From Bacillales bacterium (GTDB lineage: Bacteria > Bacillota > Bacilli > Bacillales > DASSOY01): a stretch of DNA of 64,000 bases. Under the pieces are notes generated by a model. That model was not told where the DNA came from. It saw nothing but the letters and a program-made list of their open reading frames with translations, and ran no database searches. A program made the position numbers and the translations under genes. Positions 1-8,451 of the stretch are shown here, piece after piece. The first letter of the stretch is position 1. Each line of letters starts with the position of its first letter. The DNA lies in contig DASTWO010000033.1 of the NCBI GenBank assembly GCA_035776675.1, forward strand, positions 431 through 64,430, given 5' to 3'.

Positions 1-1519
1 GTGGGTGATGGCAGGACTCCTGCTGGGAATCTTCATCGCCTCGATGGACCAAACCATTGTTGCTACGGCGATGGGAACGATTGTTGCGGATCTCGGCGGC
101 CTTGATAAATTTGTTTGGGTGACCTCGGCGTACCTGGTGGCTGAAATGGCAGGGATGCCGATTTTCGGGAAGCTGTCTGATATGTATGGGCGGAAACGGT
201 TTTTCATGTTTGGTATTGCCGTTTTCCTGCTTGGATCTATTTTGAGTGGGACGGCTGACAGCATTACACAACTCAGTATTTATCGGGCCGTGCAGGGAAT
301 TGGCGGAGGTGCGATGATGCCCATCGCATTTGCCATTATTTTCGATGTATTCCCCGCTGAACAACGAGGGAAAATGGGCGGGCTTTTCGGTGCGGTTTTC
401 GGGATGTCTAGCATTCTTGGGCCATTGCTTGGGGCGTACATTACGGATTACATCAGCTGGCATTGGATTTTTTATATTAATTTGCCGTTAGGTTTATTGG
501 CTCTCGCATTGATTCAGTTCTCCTACAAAGAATCCCTCGATCATTCGAAACAAAAAATTGATTGGTGGGGAGCCGCAACACTAATTGGTGCTGTAGTGAC
601 CTTGATGTTCGGATTGGAACTGGGCGGAAAGGAATATGCCTGGGATTCGATGGTGATTCTTGGGTTGTTTGCAGTATTTGCAGCCTTCTTTGCCTTGTTT
701 TTATACGCGGAATCCAAAGCAAGTGAGCCCATCATTTCCTTCCGAATGTTTCAAAATCGTTTGTTTGCTGCAACTAACGCCGTCGCGCTGTTGTATACAA
801 TTCCTTTCATTGTCGCGACCGTCTTTATCCCCATTTATATTCAAGGGGTATTCGGTGGGTCAGCTACTAACTCGGGCTTGCTTTTGCTGCCAATGATGCT
901 GGGATTGGTAGCCGCCAGTGTACTAGGCGGAATGTTGGCTAATAAAACGAGTTATCGAAACATCATGATATTGGCCAGTATATTTGTATTGCTTGGTATG
1001 GTTTTGTTGGGAACACTGTCTGCGGATACTTCACGAATCCTGGTTACCCTGTACATGATTATTACGGGATTCGGTACTGGATTTTCCTTTTCAGTGCTAA
1101 GTATGGCGGCGATTCACGGTTTCAGCCCGAAACAATACGGTTCGGCAAATTCAACCATTTCTTTCGTCCGCGAATTTGGCATGACGATCGGGATTACCAT
1201 TTACGGAACCGTTCAGAGCCACTTTTTCACAGGCAAATTGGCTGATGTCTTTGCCGGAGCGGGGCAGACACCAGAGGCAATGTCCACGAATCCACGTGTG
1301 ATGTTCTCAGAGCAGGTTCGCAGCCAAATTCCTGATCCGATTCTTGAGAAATTGACGACGGCTTTATCCATTTCGATTTCGCAAACGTTTTTGTGGGCGC
1401 TTGTTCCAGCTTTTCTGGCATTTGGCTTTGTGTTCTTGATGACTAAGGAACGGATGCTGATAAACCGTGAGCAGGGGAAAGTCAAATCGAAGCCGAAACC
1501 GAATCAACAGCCCTCTTAG
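1..1519 (+). CDS. MFS transporter, DHA2 (EmrB/QacA-like, 14-TMS) drug:H+ antiporter family; 5' end lies outside the window
   Basis: The frame is open to the window edge (track ORF 5..1519). Motifs: MDQTIVATAM, GKLSDMYGRKR (MFS motif-A-like). Many hydrophobic helices and a long C-terminal half typical of DHA2. Confidence 0.85.
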   Translation, partial: WVMAGLLLGIFIASMDQTIVATAMGTIVADLGGLDKFVWVTSAYLVAEMAGMPIFGKLSDMYGRKRFFMFGIAVFLLGSILSGTADSITQLSIYRAVQGIGGGAMMPIAFAIIFDVFPAEQRGKMGGLFGAVFGMSSILGPLLGAYITDYISWHWIFYINLPLGLLALALIQFSYKESLDHSKQKIDWWGAATLIGAVVTLMFGLELGGKEYAWDSMVILGLFAVFAAFFALFLYAESKASEPIISFRMFQNRLFAATNAVALLYTIPFIVATVFIPIYIQGVFGGSATNSGLLLLPMMLGLVAASVLGGMLANKTSYRNIMILASIFVLLGMVLLGTLSADTSRILVTLYMIITGFGTGFSFSVLSMAAIHGFSPKQYGSANSTISFVREFGMTIGITIYGTVQSHFFTGKLADVFAGAGQTPEAMSTNPRVMFSEQVRSQIPDPILEKLTTALSISISQTFLWALVPAFLAFGFVFLMTKERMLINREQGKVKSKPKPNQQPS

Positions 1520-1623
1520 TTATTCTTGAATATTGAATAAGGTCATGGCCTGTTTGCTGTTCATATTTAGTTCATAAAGATGAGGTAATCTCACCCTATA
1601 ATCAGTTCTACAGGAGGAGTTCA

Positions 1624-2637
1624 ATGGAAACCAACTCACCAAATGAGGAATTAGCTGTTGAAGCACAAGGGCTCGTCAAAACCTTTGGCGACAACCGTGC
1701 TGTTGATGGTGTGAACTTGAAAGTGAAAGCCGGTACAATCTACGGTGTACTGGGTCCGAATGGAGCGGGAAAGACCACTACGATCAGTATGCTCGGGACT
1801 TTGTTGCAACCTGATGCGGGTTCGGCGCGTATTTTCGGTCATGATGTGGTGAAGGAACCGCAGATTGTTCGCCAATTGATTGGGATTACCGGACAATATG
1901 CATCAGTCGACGAGTCGCTCAGTGCGACCGAAAATCTTGTCATTTTCTCGCGCCTGCTTGGGCTGAGCCGTTCGGAGGCTAAACGTAAGGCGGCTGAGTT
2001 GTTGGAGGAATTTGGATTAACAGAGGCCGCGAAGCGTCCGTTGAAGAAATTCTCAGGCGGGATGCGGAGAAGACTGGATCTTGCGGCCAGTTTGATTGCA
2101 CAGCCACCGCTTATCTTCCTTGATGAACCGACAACCGGATTGGATCCACGCACTCGGAATCAAATGTGGGAAACGATTCGAAGGTTGGTGAAAACAGGGT
2201 CAACCGTTTTGTTAACAACGCAGTATTTGGATGAAGCCGATCAGTTAGCTGACAGGATTGCAGTCATTGATCGCGGCCGTGTTGTAGCTGAGGGCACTGT
2301 GGATGAGCTGAAGGGGTCAGTCGGAACATCCTCATTACAGTTACGGGTGCGTGACCCTCAAGATGTTGAAGACGCTCGCCAGACGGTGGAAAAAGTGCTT
2401 GAGGTTCAATCGAGTATGTCACCGGAAGCAGGGAAGATCACAGCGCCGATGACTGATCCTGACAGGGTTACCGACCTGCTGATCGCTTTCCGTGAGGCGG
2501 AGATTCATCTGGCGGAGATGAGCGTTCAGAAACCGACACTTGACGAAGTCTTTCTGGCCATCACAGGTCACGGCGTGAAGGAAGACGAATCAGCCTTGTC
2601 CGACGATACGAAAGAGAAGGAGGTGGCGCGAGTATGA
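1624..2637 (+). CDS. ABC transporter ATP-binding protein (DrrA/ABC-2 exporter type)
   Basis: Walker A GPNGAGKTT, signature FSGGMRRRL, Walker B LIFLDEPTTGLD. RBS GGAGGAG lies upstream. Stop overlaps the start of the next gene. Confidence 0.93.
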   Translation: METNSPNEELAVEAQGLVKTFGDNRAVDGVNLKVKAGTIYGVLGPNGAGKTTTISMLGTLLQPDAGSARIFGHDVVKEPQIVRQLIGITGQYASVDESLSATENLVIFSRLLGLSRSEAKRKAAELLEEFGLTEAAKRPLKKFSGGMRRRLDLAASLIAQPPLIFLDEPTTGLDPRTRNQMWETIRRLVKTGSTVLLTTQYLDEADQLADRIAVIDRGRVVAEGTVDELKGSVGTSSLQLRVRDPQDVEDARQTVEKVLEVQSSMSPEAGKITAPMTDPDRVTDLLIAFREAEIHLAEMSVQKPTLDEVFLAITGHGVKEDESALSDDTKEKEVARV

Positions 2638-3449
2638 AGAATGTACCCATTACACCTGTTGCTGAGCGCGAATTGAAAAACCGCACAAGCTTCCGGCAAT
2701 CGGCGCGTAATTCGTTTACGATGGCCTATAGAGGCTTGTTGAAAATTAAGCGTACGCCGGAACAATTATTCGACGTCACATTCCAACCTATTATTTTCAC
2801 TTTAATGTTCACCTATATTTTTGGAGGGGCCATTTCAGGTGACGTTCAAAGTTATCTTCCGGTCATCATACCTGGCATTCTTGTACAGACTGTGATCACG
2901 ACTTCCATCGTTACAGGTGTTCAATTAAGGGAGGACATGGATAAAGGTGTATTTGATCGATTCAAGTCCCTTCCGATCGCGAGAATTGCTCCGCTCGCAG
3001 GGGCGCTATTGGCGGACACCGTCCGATATACGATTGCAACTGTGCTGACTTTCACCATGGGTTATATCATGGGTTACCGGCCAGACGGTGGTATTGATCA
3101 TGTAGCTGTCGCCGCGATCCTTGTCATCGCGTGTTCCTGGGCCATCAGCTGGATCTTCGCCTTTTTCGGGGTGATAGCCCGTACAGCTTCCAGCGTTCAG
3201 GGGATCTCTATGCTAGTCTTATTTCCGCTTACGTTTCTGTCTAATGCTTTTGTGCCGGTTGAAACGATGCCGGATTGGCTTCAGTGGTTTGTGAAAATCA
3301 ATCCGATTTCGCATCTTGTCACTGCCGTCCGGGAACTGGCGAACAACGGAACTATGGGTGTGGATCTCGTCATTACCCTATTTGGCGCTGCTGTTATTGT
3401 GGCGGTCTTCGCACCGATCACAGTACGTGCTTATATGCGCCGGACGTAG
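2634..3449 (+). CDS. ABC-2 type transporter permease (DrrB-like)
   Basis: ATGA overlap with the upstream ATPase gene. About 6 hydrophobic helices. 271 aa, typical of ABC-2 permeases. Confidence 0.88.
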   Translation: MKNVPITPVAERELKNRTSFRQSARNSFTMAYRGLLKIKRTPEQLFDVTFQPIIFTLMFTYIFGGAISGDVQSYLPVIIPGILVQTVITTSIVTGVQLREDMDKGVFDRFKSLPIARIAPLAGALLADTVRYTIATVLTFTMGYIMGYRPDGGIDHVAVAAILVIACSWAISWIFAFFGVIARTASSVQGISMLVLFPLTFLSNAFVPVETMPDWLQWFVKINPISHLVTAVRELANNGTMGVDLVITLFGAAVIVAVFAPITVRAYMRRT

Positions 3450-3485
3450 AGACCTGTTCGGAAATTACAATTTAAGGATGAACTA

Positions 3486-3515
3486 GGCAGGGATATCTTT
3501 CACCCTGTCTTTTTG
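3486..3515 (+). terminator. Rho-independent terminator of the ABC operon
   Basis: Stem GGCAGGG/CCCTGTC (one G-T pair) followed by TTTTTGC, about 35 nt after the stop. Confidence 0.6.
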
Positions 3516-3768
3516 CTATTCAGACTTTTTGTTAAATGGTTTTGGACTATCATCATTTTCTAGCTATATTAAAATTAGCTAAATTAGCTAAAGGGAATGG
3601 AGGCAGGATGACATGATCGTTCGCTCTGCCTGAAGAAGGATTCAAAGCATAGCGTTCTGTCCAGGCATGCCATTCGCCTTTTTCTCATGATTGGCGGCTT
3701 CTATAATGAACAAGTCTATCTCCGGGACATAAACTAACGAGAAAAGGAACTTAAAGGAGATGGAAGGG

Positions 3769-4008
3769 ATGCCTTGTTATCCTGGTTATCGATACTGAGG
3801 ACCTGGGTGTAGCGGGCCGGGTGCTCCTTTAAATCAGCTGGATGCCATCTGTTTGCAACATGATCTTTGTTATCGTCGGACAGGTTCGCCGCATATGTGC
3901 GATCAATATTTTCTGAATCAAGTTACGCCTCTTGTGCATTATCCGGGTAAATTGGGAAGAGATGCGGCGATCATGCGCTTTGCTATCAAAATGAAAAACA
4001 TGTTCTAA
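3769..4008 (+). pseudogene. Small PLA2-like (parvovirus VP1u-like phospholipase A2 motif) protein interrupted by an in-frame TGA at codon 10
   Basis: RBS AAGGAG lies 9 nt upstream of the ATG at 3769. Read-through translation: MPCYPGYRY*GPGCSGPGAPLNQLDAICLQHDLCYRRTG...KMKNMF. It contains the YxGxG Ca-loop and HD catalytic dyad motifs. The TGA (3796-3798) sits at the x position of YxGxG. Confidence 0.6.
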
Positions 4009-4232
4009 AGGACTCCATCGCGGAGTCCCCCACAGCAATGAGCGATTTTATAAGTTTCAATTACATAAGAAGTGATTTCTTTGATTTTCGCCTTTTTCCC
4101 GGCGCTTGTGAATTGATAGACGTCACAGAAAGCAAGCCTTTTCTGATTCTTGAAGATCAGAGCTCCATTAACAGAACCGACTCTGCCGTGTGTTATGATG
4201 TTATGAAGTTCCGATTCGGTTCCCCTTTTCAA
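4005..4232 (-). CDS. Hypothetical small protein (75 aa), possibly co-transcribed with the ecsC-like gene
   Basis: TTG start preceded by GAAGGCGGG, 24 nt downstream of the ecsC-like stop. The ORF ends inside the hairpin at 4010-4028. No recognisable family. Confidence 0.3.
   Translation of the reverse strand: MKRGTESELHNIITHGRVGSVNGALIFKNQKRLAFCDVYQFTSAGKKAKIKEITSYVIETYKIAHCCGGLRDGVL
4010..4028 (-). terminator. Hairpin between convergent genes, probable terminator
   Basis: Perfect 7-bp stem GGACTCC/GGAGTCC with a 5-nt loop. On the minus strand it is followed by TTTAGAACATGTTTTT. On the plus strand it follows the PLA2-like stop directly but has no T-run. Confidence 0.5.
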
Positions 4233-4256
4233 TCGGTTCCCGCCTTCATTCCCCGG

Positions 4257-4982
4257 CTAGTCTTCGAAGTCTAGGATTCGCATCCGGTAAGCATTCATAG
4301 CTGTTTCACCAAGATGACCGAGAAATCGGTAATTGGCGATGCCGCCGACAATCGCGCCGAGGCCGGGTACAAGCTGCAGGAGTTTAGCGAGGTCGATGTA
4401 ATCTCGATACTCTTGTTGGAATTGCTGCCAATCCAATTCTTTCAGTGAGGTATAAGTTTGGACGCTGTCCGGCCAATTTCTTAACTTCAGAAAAGCCTCG
4501 ATTCGTTTATCGTCACTGGAGAAAGCCACCTGAAAAATATATAAAAGGAACAGCCTCTCACGGTAATCTTTCACATCAAAACCATAAAGACCGGCCGTGT
4601 CATATAGGAATTTCATTTTGATGCTGAGCAGCATAGGGAAATCCGCCAATCCCCACCATAACCCGCCGAATCCGGTGCCAGCACCTTCGGCGGTGGCAGT
4701 ACGCCTGTAATTCACTATTTTATTCTCCACTCGTTCCTCTCTTTCCTCAAGCGGCATATCAAATATCGGACCGCGTCTTGTCAGGAAGTCTGAACCGTAA
4801 AGCATTGATTGGACCATGCCTTTAATACTTTCGGTCACGATGTCGTGAACTTTTTGCGGGATTTTCTCATTGATTTTGTTTTGCACTGATTTTCCGGCAC
4901 GCCCGAATAGAGTCGAGCGTTTCTTCATGATTTCATGTTGCCAATCCCGGCATTCTTTGAGTATATGTTGTTCATAATCCAT
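4257..4982 (-). CDS. EcsC family protein
   Basis: MDYEQHILKE...GAGTGFGGLWWGLADFPMLLSIKMKFLYD...GLGAIVGGIANYRFLGHLGE resembles the EcsC family. Start set at the internal ATG with RBS AGAGAGGTGA; the track ORF extends to 5048. Confidence 0.75.
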   Translation of the reverse strand: MDYEQHILKECRDWQHEIMKKRSTLFGRAGKSVQNKINEKIPQKVHDIVTESIKGMVQSMLYGSDFLTRRGPIFDMPLEEREERVENKIVNYRRTATAEGAGTGFGGLWWGLADFPMLLSIKMKFLYDTAGLYGFDVKDYRERLFLLYIFQVAFSSDDKRIEAFLKLRNWPDSVQTYTSLKELDWQQFQQEYRDYIDLAKLLQLVPGLGAIVGGIANYRFLGHLGETAMNAYRMRILDFED

Positions 4983-5186
4983 TTCATTCACCTCTCTCTT
5001 TATAACGTTACATGGGATGAAAGGTTTCATTTTGAGGGGTTGGGCCACTATTATTTTGTATTCCCCAAATGAGAATAATCGACACAGAAAGGAGCAAATG
5101 ATCTTCCCTGACAGCGGTTGTCAGGAGAGTAGTAGTAAAATCCAGTAAGACTCAATAAAAGGGAATGAAAAAGATAGGAGGATCCG

Positions 5187-5588
5187 ATGAACTACTGCAA
5201 TACACTGATATTAATTTCGGATGACAGTCCCGTTCAAGAAAGTAAGATTCCTGCATCTGGCCGGCCAAGAAAGACCGTCGCCGAAATTGAATACGAACTG
5301 CTCATTGAAAAGCCGGGTCGGTATACACAGGATGAATTGCAGTTTGAGACCCATATGAAACATAAAGAGATTCCTGAAAACCTTCGTGACGAAGAAAAGA
5401 CACGCTTTTTAGGGAAAAGTCGAGCCTGTATGCGGGCTTCCGCGCTGCCAAAGCGTTTTGGTTGGGGCATTTATTTTGATAAAGACGGCATGGCCGGGTT
5501 GGTTCCCGTGGAATCGGATCAATATAAGGAGCTTCAGATACGGGATGATATTAAAAAAGTGAAGGCCATGAAATCGAAAAGATCCTAA
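5187..5588 (+). CDS. Conserved hypothetical protein (DUF6157-like, recalled)
   Basis: RBS GGAGGA. 133 aa, with the motif RACMRASALPKRFGWGIYFDKDG. Confidence 0.6.
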   Translation: MNYCNTLILISDDSPVQESKIPASGRPRKTVAEIEYELLIEKPGRYTQDELQFETHMKHKEIPENLRDEEKTRFLGKSRACMRASALPKRFGWGIYFDKDGMAGLVPVESDQYKELQIRDDIKKVKAMKSKRS

Positions 5589-5606
5589 AGAAAAGAGGAA
5601 TATAAA

Positions 5607-6125
5607 ATGAAACAGTATGCGTTAAAGTTATATGATTATCACGTGTGGGCCAACAAAAGACTATTCGAGCGTGTGAAGGAATTGCCGGAAGACGTTTATG
5701 ATCAAGAAATCCAGAGTGTGTTTCCTTCGATAGCGGAGACGTTCGCTCATCTGTACATTGTTGATACCGTTTGGCTCGGCGTAATGAGGGATGACGGGTT
5801 CGAGGATATTCAGGCCGCAAGCCGTCAGGCGGCGGAGGCTGCAAATGAGAAAAGCATTGAGGAAATGGAGACGCTGTTTACGGAGTTAACAGGGCGGTAC
5901 AGAGAGTTTCTCGACAGCCAGGAAGATTTGGAAAAGCCTATGGCGCCGGAACATCCGGCTTTTGGGCGATTGGAAACCCATTTGTCTGAATTGATCCAGC
6001 ATGTCGTCAATCATGGAACCTATCACCGCGGCAATATTACGGCCATGATTCGCCAACAAGGACATGAGAGTGTGATGACAGATTATATTATGTATTTGTA
6101 TGAAGCCGACACGGAAAAGTCATAG
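5607..6125 (+). CDS. DinB family protein (four-helix-bundle metalloprotein family)
   Basis: YHVWANKRLFERV...FAHLYIVDTVW...HVVNHGTYHRGNI shows the typical DinB His triad context. Confidence 0.85.
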   Translation: MKQYALKLYDYHVWANKRLFERVKELPEDVYDQEIQSVFPSIAETFAHLYIVDTVWLGVMRDDGFEDIQAASRQAAEAANEKSIEEMETLFTELTGRYREFLDSQEDLEKPMAPEHPAFGRLETHLSELIQHVVNHGTYHRGNITAMIRQQGHESVMTDYIMYLYEADTEKS

Positions 6126-6142
6126 GAATGGAAATGTAAAGG

Positions 6143-6195
6143 GATTGTCTCCCATGCAGCACTTTCTGCTGTGAGAGACAATCTTTTTTTTTTTG
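6143..6195 (+). terminator. Rho-independent terminator after the DinB gene
   Basis: GATTGTCTC...GAGACAATC stem followed by a run of T residues. Confidence 0.85.
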
Positions 6196-6200
6196 AAGAA

Positions 6201-6824
6201 TTAATCGTTGACTGCCATTCGCGCGAGCGGACCGTTTTCTGCAATGATGTCCTGAATCTCGTAAACCGAGATCGGAAACATCGGGAATCCGACATAGTAA
6301 GGTGTAATTTCATAAAGCTGAAAATAAAGTACCAGGCATTTATCGGCGATATAAAAGTCTTGATCGGGACGGATGCCGGTGAACGGATCCAGTGTTTCGA
6401 TCTGGCGGTCTTTGATTTGCTTTTTCACGAGGGCAGACAAGACTTTTACATAGTTACTTCCGGGTTTGAAAAGTTCTTTTAAAGAATAAGATTTTCCTGT
6501 CAGTACATCAAAAGTCAAAGATTTCATTAAAGTCAGGCCATGTGCGTGTTGGTAGGCGTATGCGTAGTTGGATAAGCTCAAGCTCAGAACATTTCGCTCA
6601 TTGGTTTTCAATTCATAGGTTCCAAGCATTTCTGTGAAGGTTTCGGCGCCTTGTTGTTGAGTTTGTTGTTGGATCAAGGCTTGGACCGATCTGTATATGG
6701 TTTGGTTGATCATTTGCTGCACATGGGGATTTTGCATGTTAAACACTTGCGGGTAATAAAGGGTCGTGCCCTGATTTCGGATGACCATTGTTTGAATGGA
6801 AACGGGAAAAGCCGGAGTAGCCAT
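6201..6824 (-). CDS. DUF3298/DUF4163 domain protein (RsiV/PdaC C-terminal-like fold)
   Basis: RBS AAAGGTGG. Motifs YPQV...INQTI..., LSLSLSNYAYAYQHAHGL, FYIADKCLVLYFQLYEITPYYVGFPMFPI. Confidence 0.75.
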   Translation of the reverse strand: MATPAFPVSIQTMVIRNQGTTLYYPQVFNMQNPHVQQMINQTIYRSVQALIQQQTQQQGAETFTEMLGTYELKTNERNVLSLSLSNYAYAYQHAHGLTLMKSLTFDVLTGKSYSLKELFKPGSNYVKVLSALVKKQIKDRQIETLDPFTGIRPDQDFYIADKCLVLYFQLYEITPYYVGFPMFPISVYEIQDIIAENGPLARMAVND

Positions 6825-6871
6825 GGAAATACCACCTTTCTTTTGCCATCTTTTATTTTTCTCGGGTCCTC

Positions 6872-6940
6872 ATACGACTCTGGTCTTAGCTGAAAATCAA
6901 ACCATGGTGTGTTTTGGAGGACACGGATATTAAGTATGCT
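6872..6940 (+). promoter_or_regulatory. LiaR-type box plus promoter (copy A), upstream of 6993
   Basis: ATACGACTCTGGTCTTA (6872-6888) is the inverted repeat TACGAC-N4-GTCTTA. It is followed by conserved GAAAATCAAACC, then TTTTGG (6912-6917)-N17-TATGCT (6935-6940). Same architecture as copies B and C. Confidence 0.6.
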
Positions 6941-6992
6941 TTTGTTCAAGGAAGCCATTGAGAAATATTAATGACAGAAGGGAGTCTCTTTC

Positions 6993-7649
6993 ATGGCATA
7001 TGAAAATCAAACGGATTTTGTGACAAATGCGGAGTTGTTCATGGGGGCGTTCCGGAAAGGAAAGGAAGAGAATGATCGGTATGTATATATTCTATTAACC
7101 GATACGGGCACACTTTTCACGAAAACGGTCAAGCGATATACGAGAGCGCCGTACAATCATACTTCTTTGTCATTCGATATGAAATTCGAGGAACTTTACA
7201 GTTTCGGTCGAAAACATCCGAAAAATCCTTTGAAGGCGGGTTTTATCAAAGAAGACATCTATCGGGGAACCTACAGTCATTTTCGGGATACGAGATGTGT
7301 CTTGTTTAAGTTAAATGTTTCGGAACCCCAATTGGCTGAGATGAGGCGTACGGTGATTTCATTCCAGTTGAGACAAAAGATTTATTCATACAATTTGATT
7401 GGACTGCTTGGTGTTATGCTTCAGTATCCCATTGAGATGGAAAATGCTTATTTTTGTTCGCAATTTGTAGCTGAGGTGTTGAAAAGAGGGGGCGTTCATC
7501 TTTGGAATAAGTCGTCAGCGCTTGTCACGCCGGGTGATTTCTTGGAGCATGCGTCTTTTCAAAAAATTTATGAAGGGAAGTTGTATGATTATCCTTTGTT
7601 GGAAACCAGCTTGTTGGTGGGAGAGAGTTCGGGTTGTAGCGTGATGTGA
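6993..7649 (+). CDS. Permuted papain-fold (YiiX/YebB-like, NlpC/P60 superfamily) protein
   Basis: RBS GAAGGGAG. APYNHTSL and YFCSQFVAEVLKRGG (candidate catalytic Cys) resemble the YiiX/C92-like family. The assignment is from memory. Confidence 0.55.
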   Translation: MAYENQTDFVTNAELFMGAFRKGKEENDRYVYILLTDTGTLFTKTVKRYTRAPYNHTSLSFDMKFEELYSFGRKHPKNPLKAGFIKEDIYRGTYSHFRDTRCVLFKLNVSEPQLAEMRRTVISFQLRQKIYSYNLIGLLGVMLQYPIEMENAYFCSQFVAEVLKRGGVHLWNKSSALVTPGDFLEHASFQKIYEGKLYDYPLLETSLLVGESSGCSVM

Positions 7650-7670
7650 TACTTTTGATACCCTTGCAGG

Positions 7671-7775
7671 GTATATATGAACGAAAAATGGATTTTATGC
7701 ACGAAAGTCGGCTGTATTTGCACGAAAAATTGAATTTATGCACGAAACGAACTGATATTTGCACCATTCCAATGT
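7671..7775 (+). repeat. Five phased direct repeats (about 21-bp period), core T(A/T)TGCACGAAA
   Basis: Core starts at 7678 (TGAACGAAA), 7698, 7719 and 7739 (TGCACGAAA) and 7760 (TGCACC). Spacing is 20-21 bp. Located in the 3' region of gene 6993, before the terminator at 7867. Confidence 0.8.
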
Positions 7776-7866
7776 TATGTCAACCTCCATGGTTGGAAAA
7801 CCGTTCAATACCCCTATTGAAAATCCCCCGTTCGTAAAAAACCAATCCCTGACACCAACAAAACCG

Positions 7867-7900
7867 GCCATTTTATATGTAATGGCTTTCTTCCTTTTCC
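7867..7900 (+). terminator. Probable terminator
   Basis: GCCATT/AATGGC stem with an 8-nt loop, followed by TTTCTTCCTTTTCC. Confidence 0.45.
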
Positions 7901-7906
7901 TAAAGA

Positions 7907-7975
7907 ATACGACTCCGGTCTGAATCGAATATCAAACTGAGGTACATTTTGAGTTTCTCTGATTCGGGATATGAT
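7907..7975 (+). promoter_or_regulatory. LiaR-type box plus promoter (copy B), upstream of 8015
   Basis: ATACGACTCCGGTCTGA (7907-7923), then TTTTGA (7947-7952)-N17-TATGAT (7970-7975). Confidence 0.6.
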
Positions 7976-8014
7976 GGGCAAGAAGGAAACTTGATTAAAG
8001 AAAAGAGGGATTAA

Positions 8015-8422
8015 ATGAGCGAAAGCAATAGTGTGAGCAGTGGTGAAACAGGAGGAGGAATCATTCGAGTTATTTATGCCTTTCTGGCATGGGTTTTTGT
8101 CGCGTGTGTGGTTGTACAGGTATTTCTGGCGGGCGTTGCAACGTTCGGTGATGCAACCTACTGGGGAAAGCATATGACTTTTGTTCACCTTTTTGAATTC
8201 GTGCCGATTGTAATGTTCATCCTGTCGTTCATCGGTCGGCTGCGTGGGGGCTTGCGGTGGTGGCCGTTCGTGCTTTTTGGGTTGATTTTCTTACAATACT
8301 TTACCGCTAACATCGGGAAGGTCGTTTCCACAGACTTTTTGGCGGCGCTCCATCCTGTCAATGCTTTGGTGATCTTCTGGCTCGCGATCGTTACAGCGCT
8401 TCGTGCGTCAAAAAGAAAATAA
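8015..8422 (+). CDS. Small integral membrane protein (4 predicted TM helices; DUF6220-like, recalled)
   Basis: RBS AGAGGGA. Hydrophobic segments IIRVIYAFLAWVFVACVVVQVFLAGV, FVPIVMFILSFIG, WWPFVLFGLIFLQYF and VNALVIFWLAIVTAL. Confidence 0.7.
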   Translation: MSESNSVSSGETGGGIIRVIYAFLAWVFVACVVVQVFLAGVATFGDATYWGKHMTFVHLFEFVPIVMFILSFIGRLRGGLRWWPFVLFGLIFLQYFTANIGKVVSTDFLAALHPVNALVIFWLAIVTALRASKRK

Positions 8423-8451
8423 GGTGAGAGCCGTCGAGGGTCTTTGACAGA

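Noticed and set aside
3796-3798. Selenocysteine recoding of the in-frame TGA in the PLA2-like gene.
   Set aside because: I could not fold a convincing SECIS-like hairpin immediately downstream. No sel genes are visible in the window, and the position is a structural Cys/Leu site rather than a redox site. A nonsense mutation or sequencing error is more parsimonious, and this is left as a test in the finding.
3829-4274. Track ORFs 3829..4038(-) and 4038..4274(+).
   Set aside because: They overlap the PLA2-like frame or the ecsC-like 3' end, have no RBS and have odd composition. Only the 75-aa minus-strand ORF (4005..4232) is retained, at low confidence.
7695-7768. The idea that the TTATGCACG repeats are DnaA boxes (TTATNCACA) marking an origin or a DnaA-box cluster.
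   Set aside because: Every copy deviates at the last position and two deviate at further positions. No dnaA, dnaN or AT-rich unwinding element is nearby, and the strict 21-bp direct phasing is not typical of oriC. The array is kept as an unexplained repeat instead.
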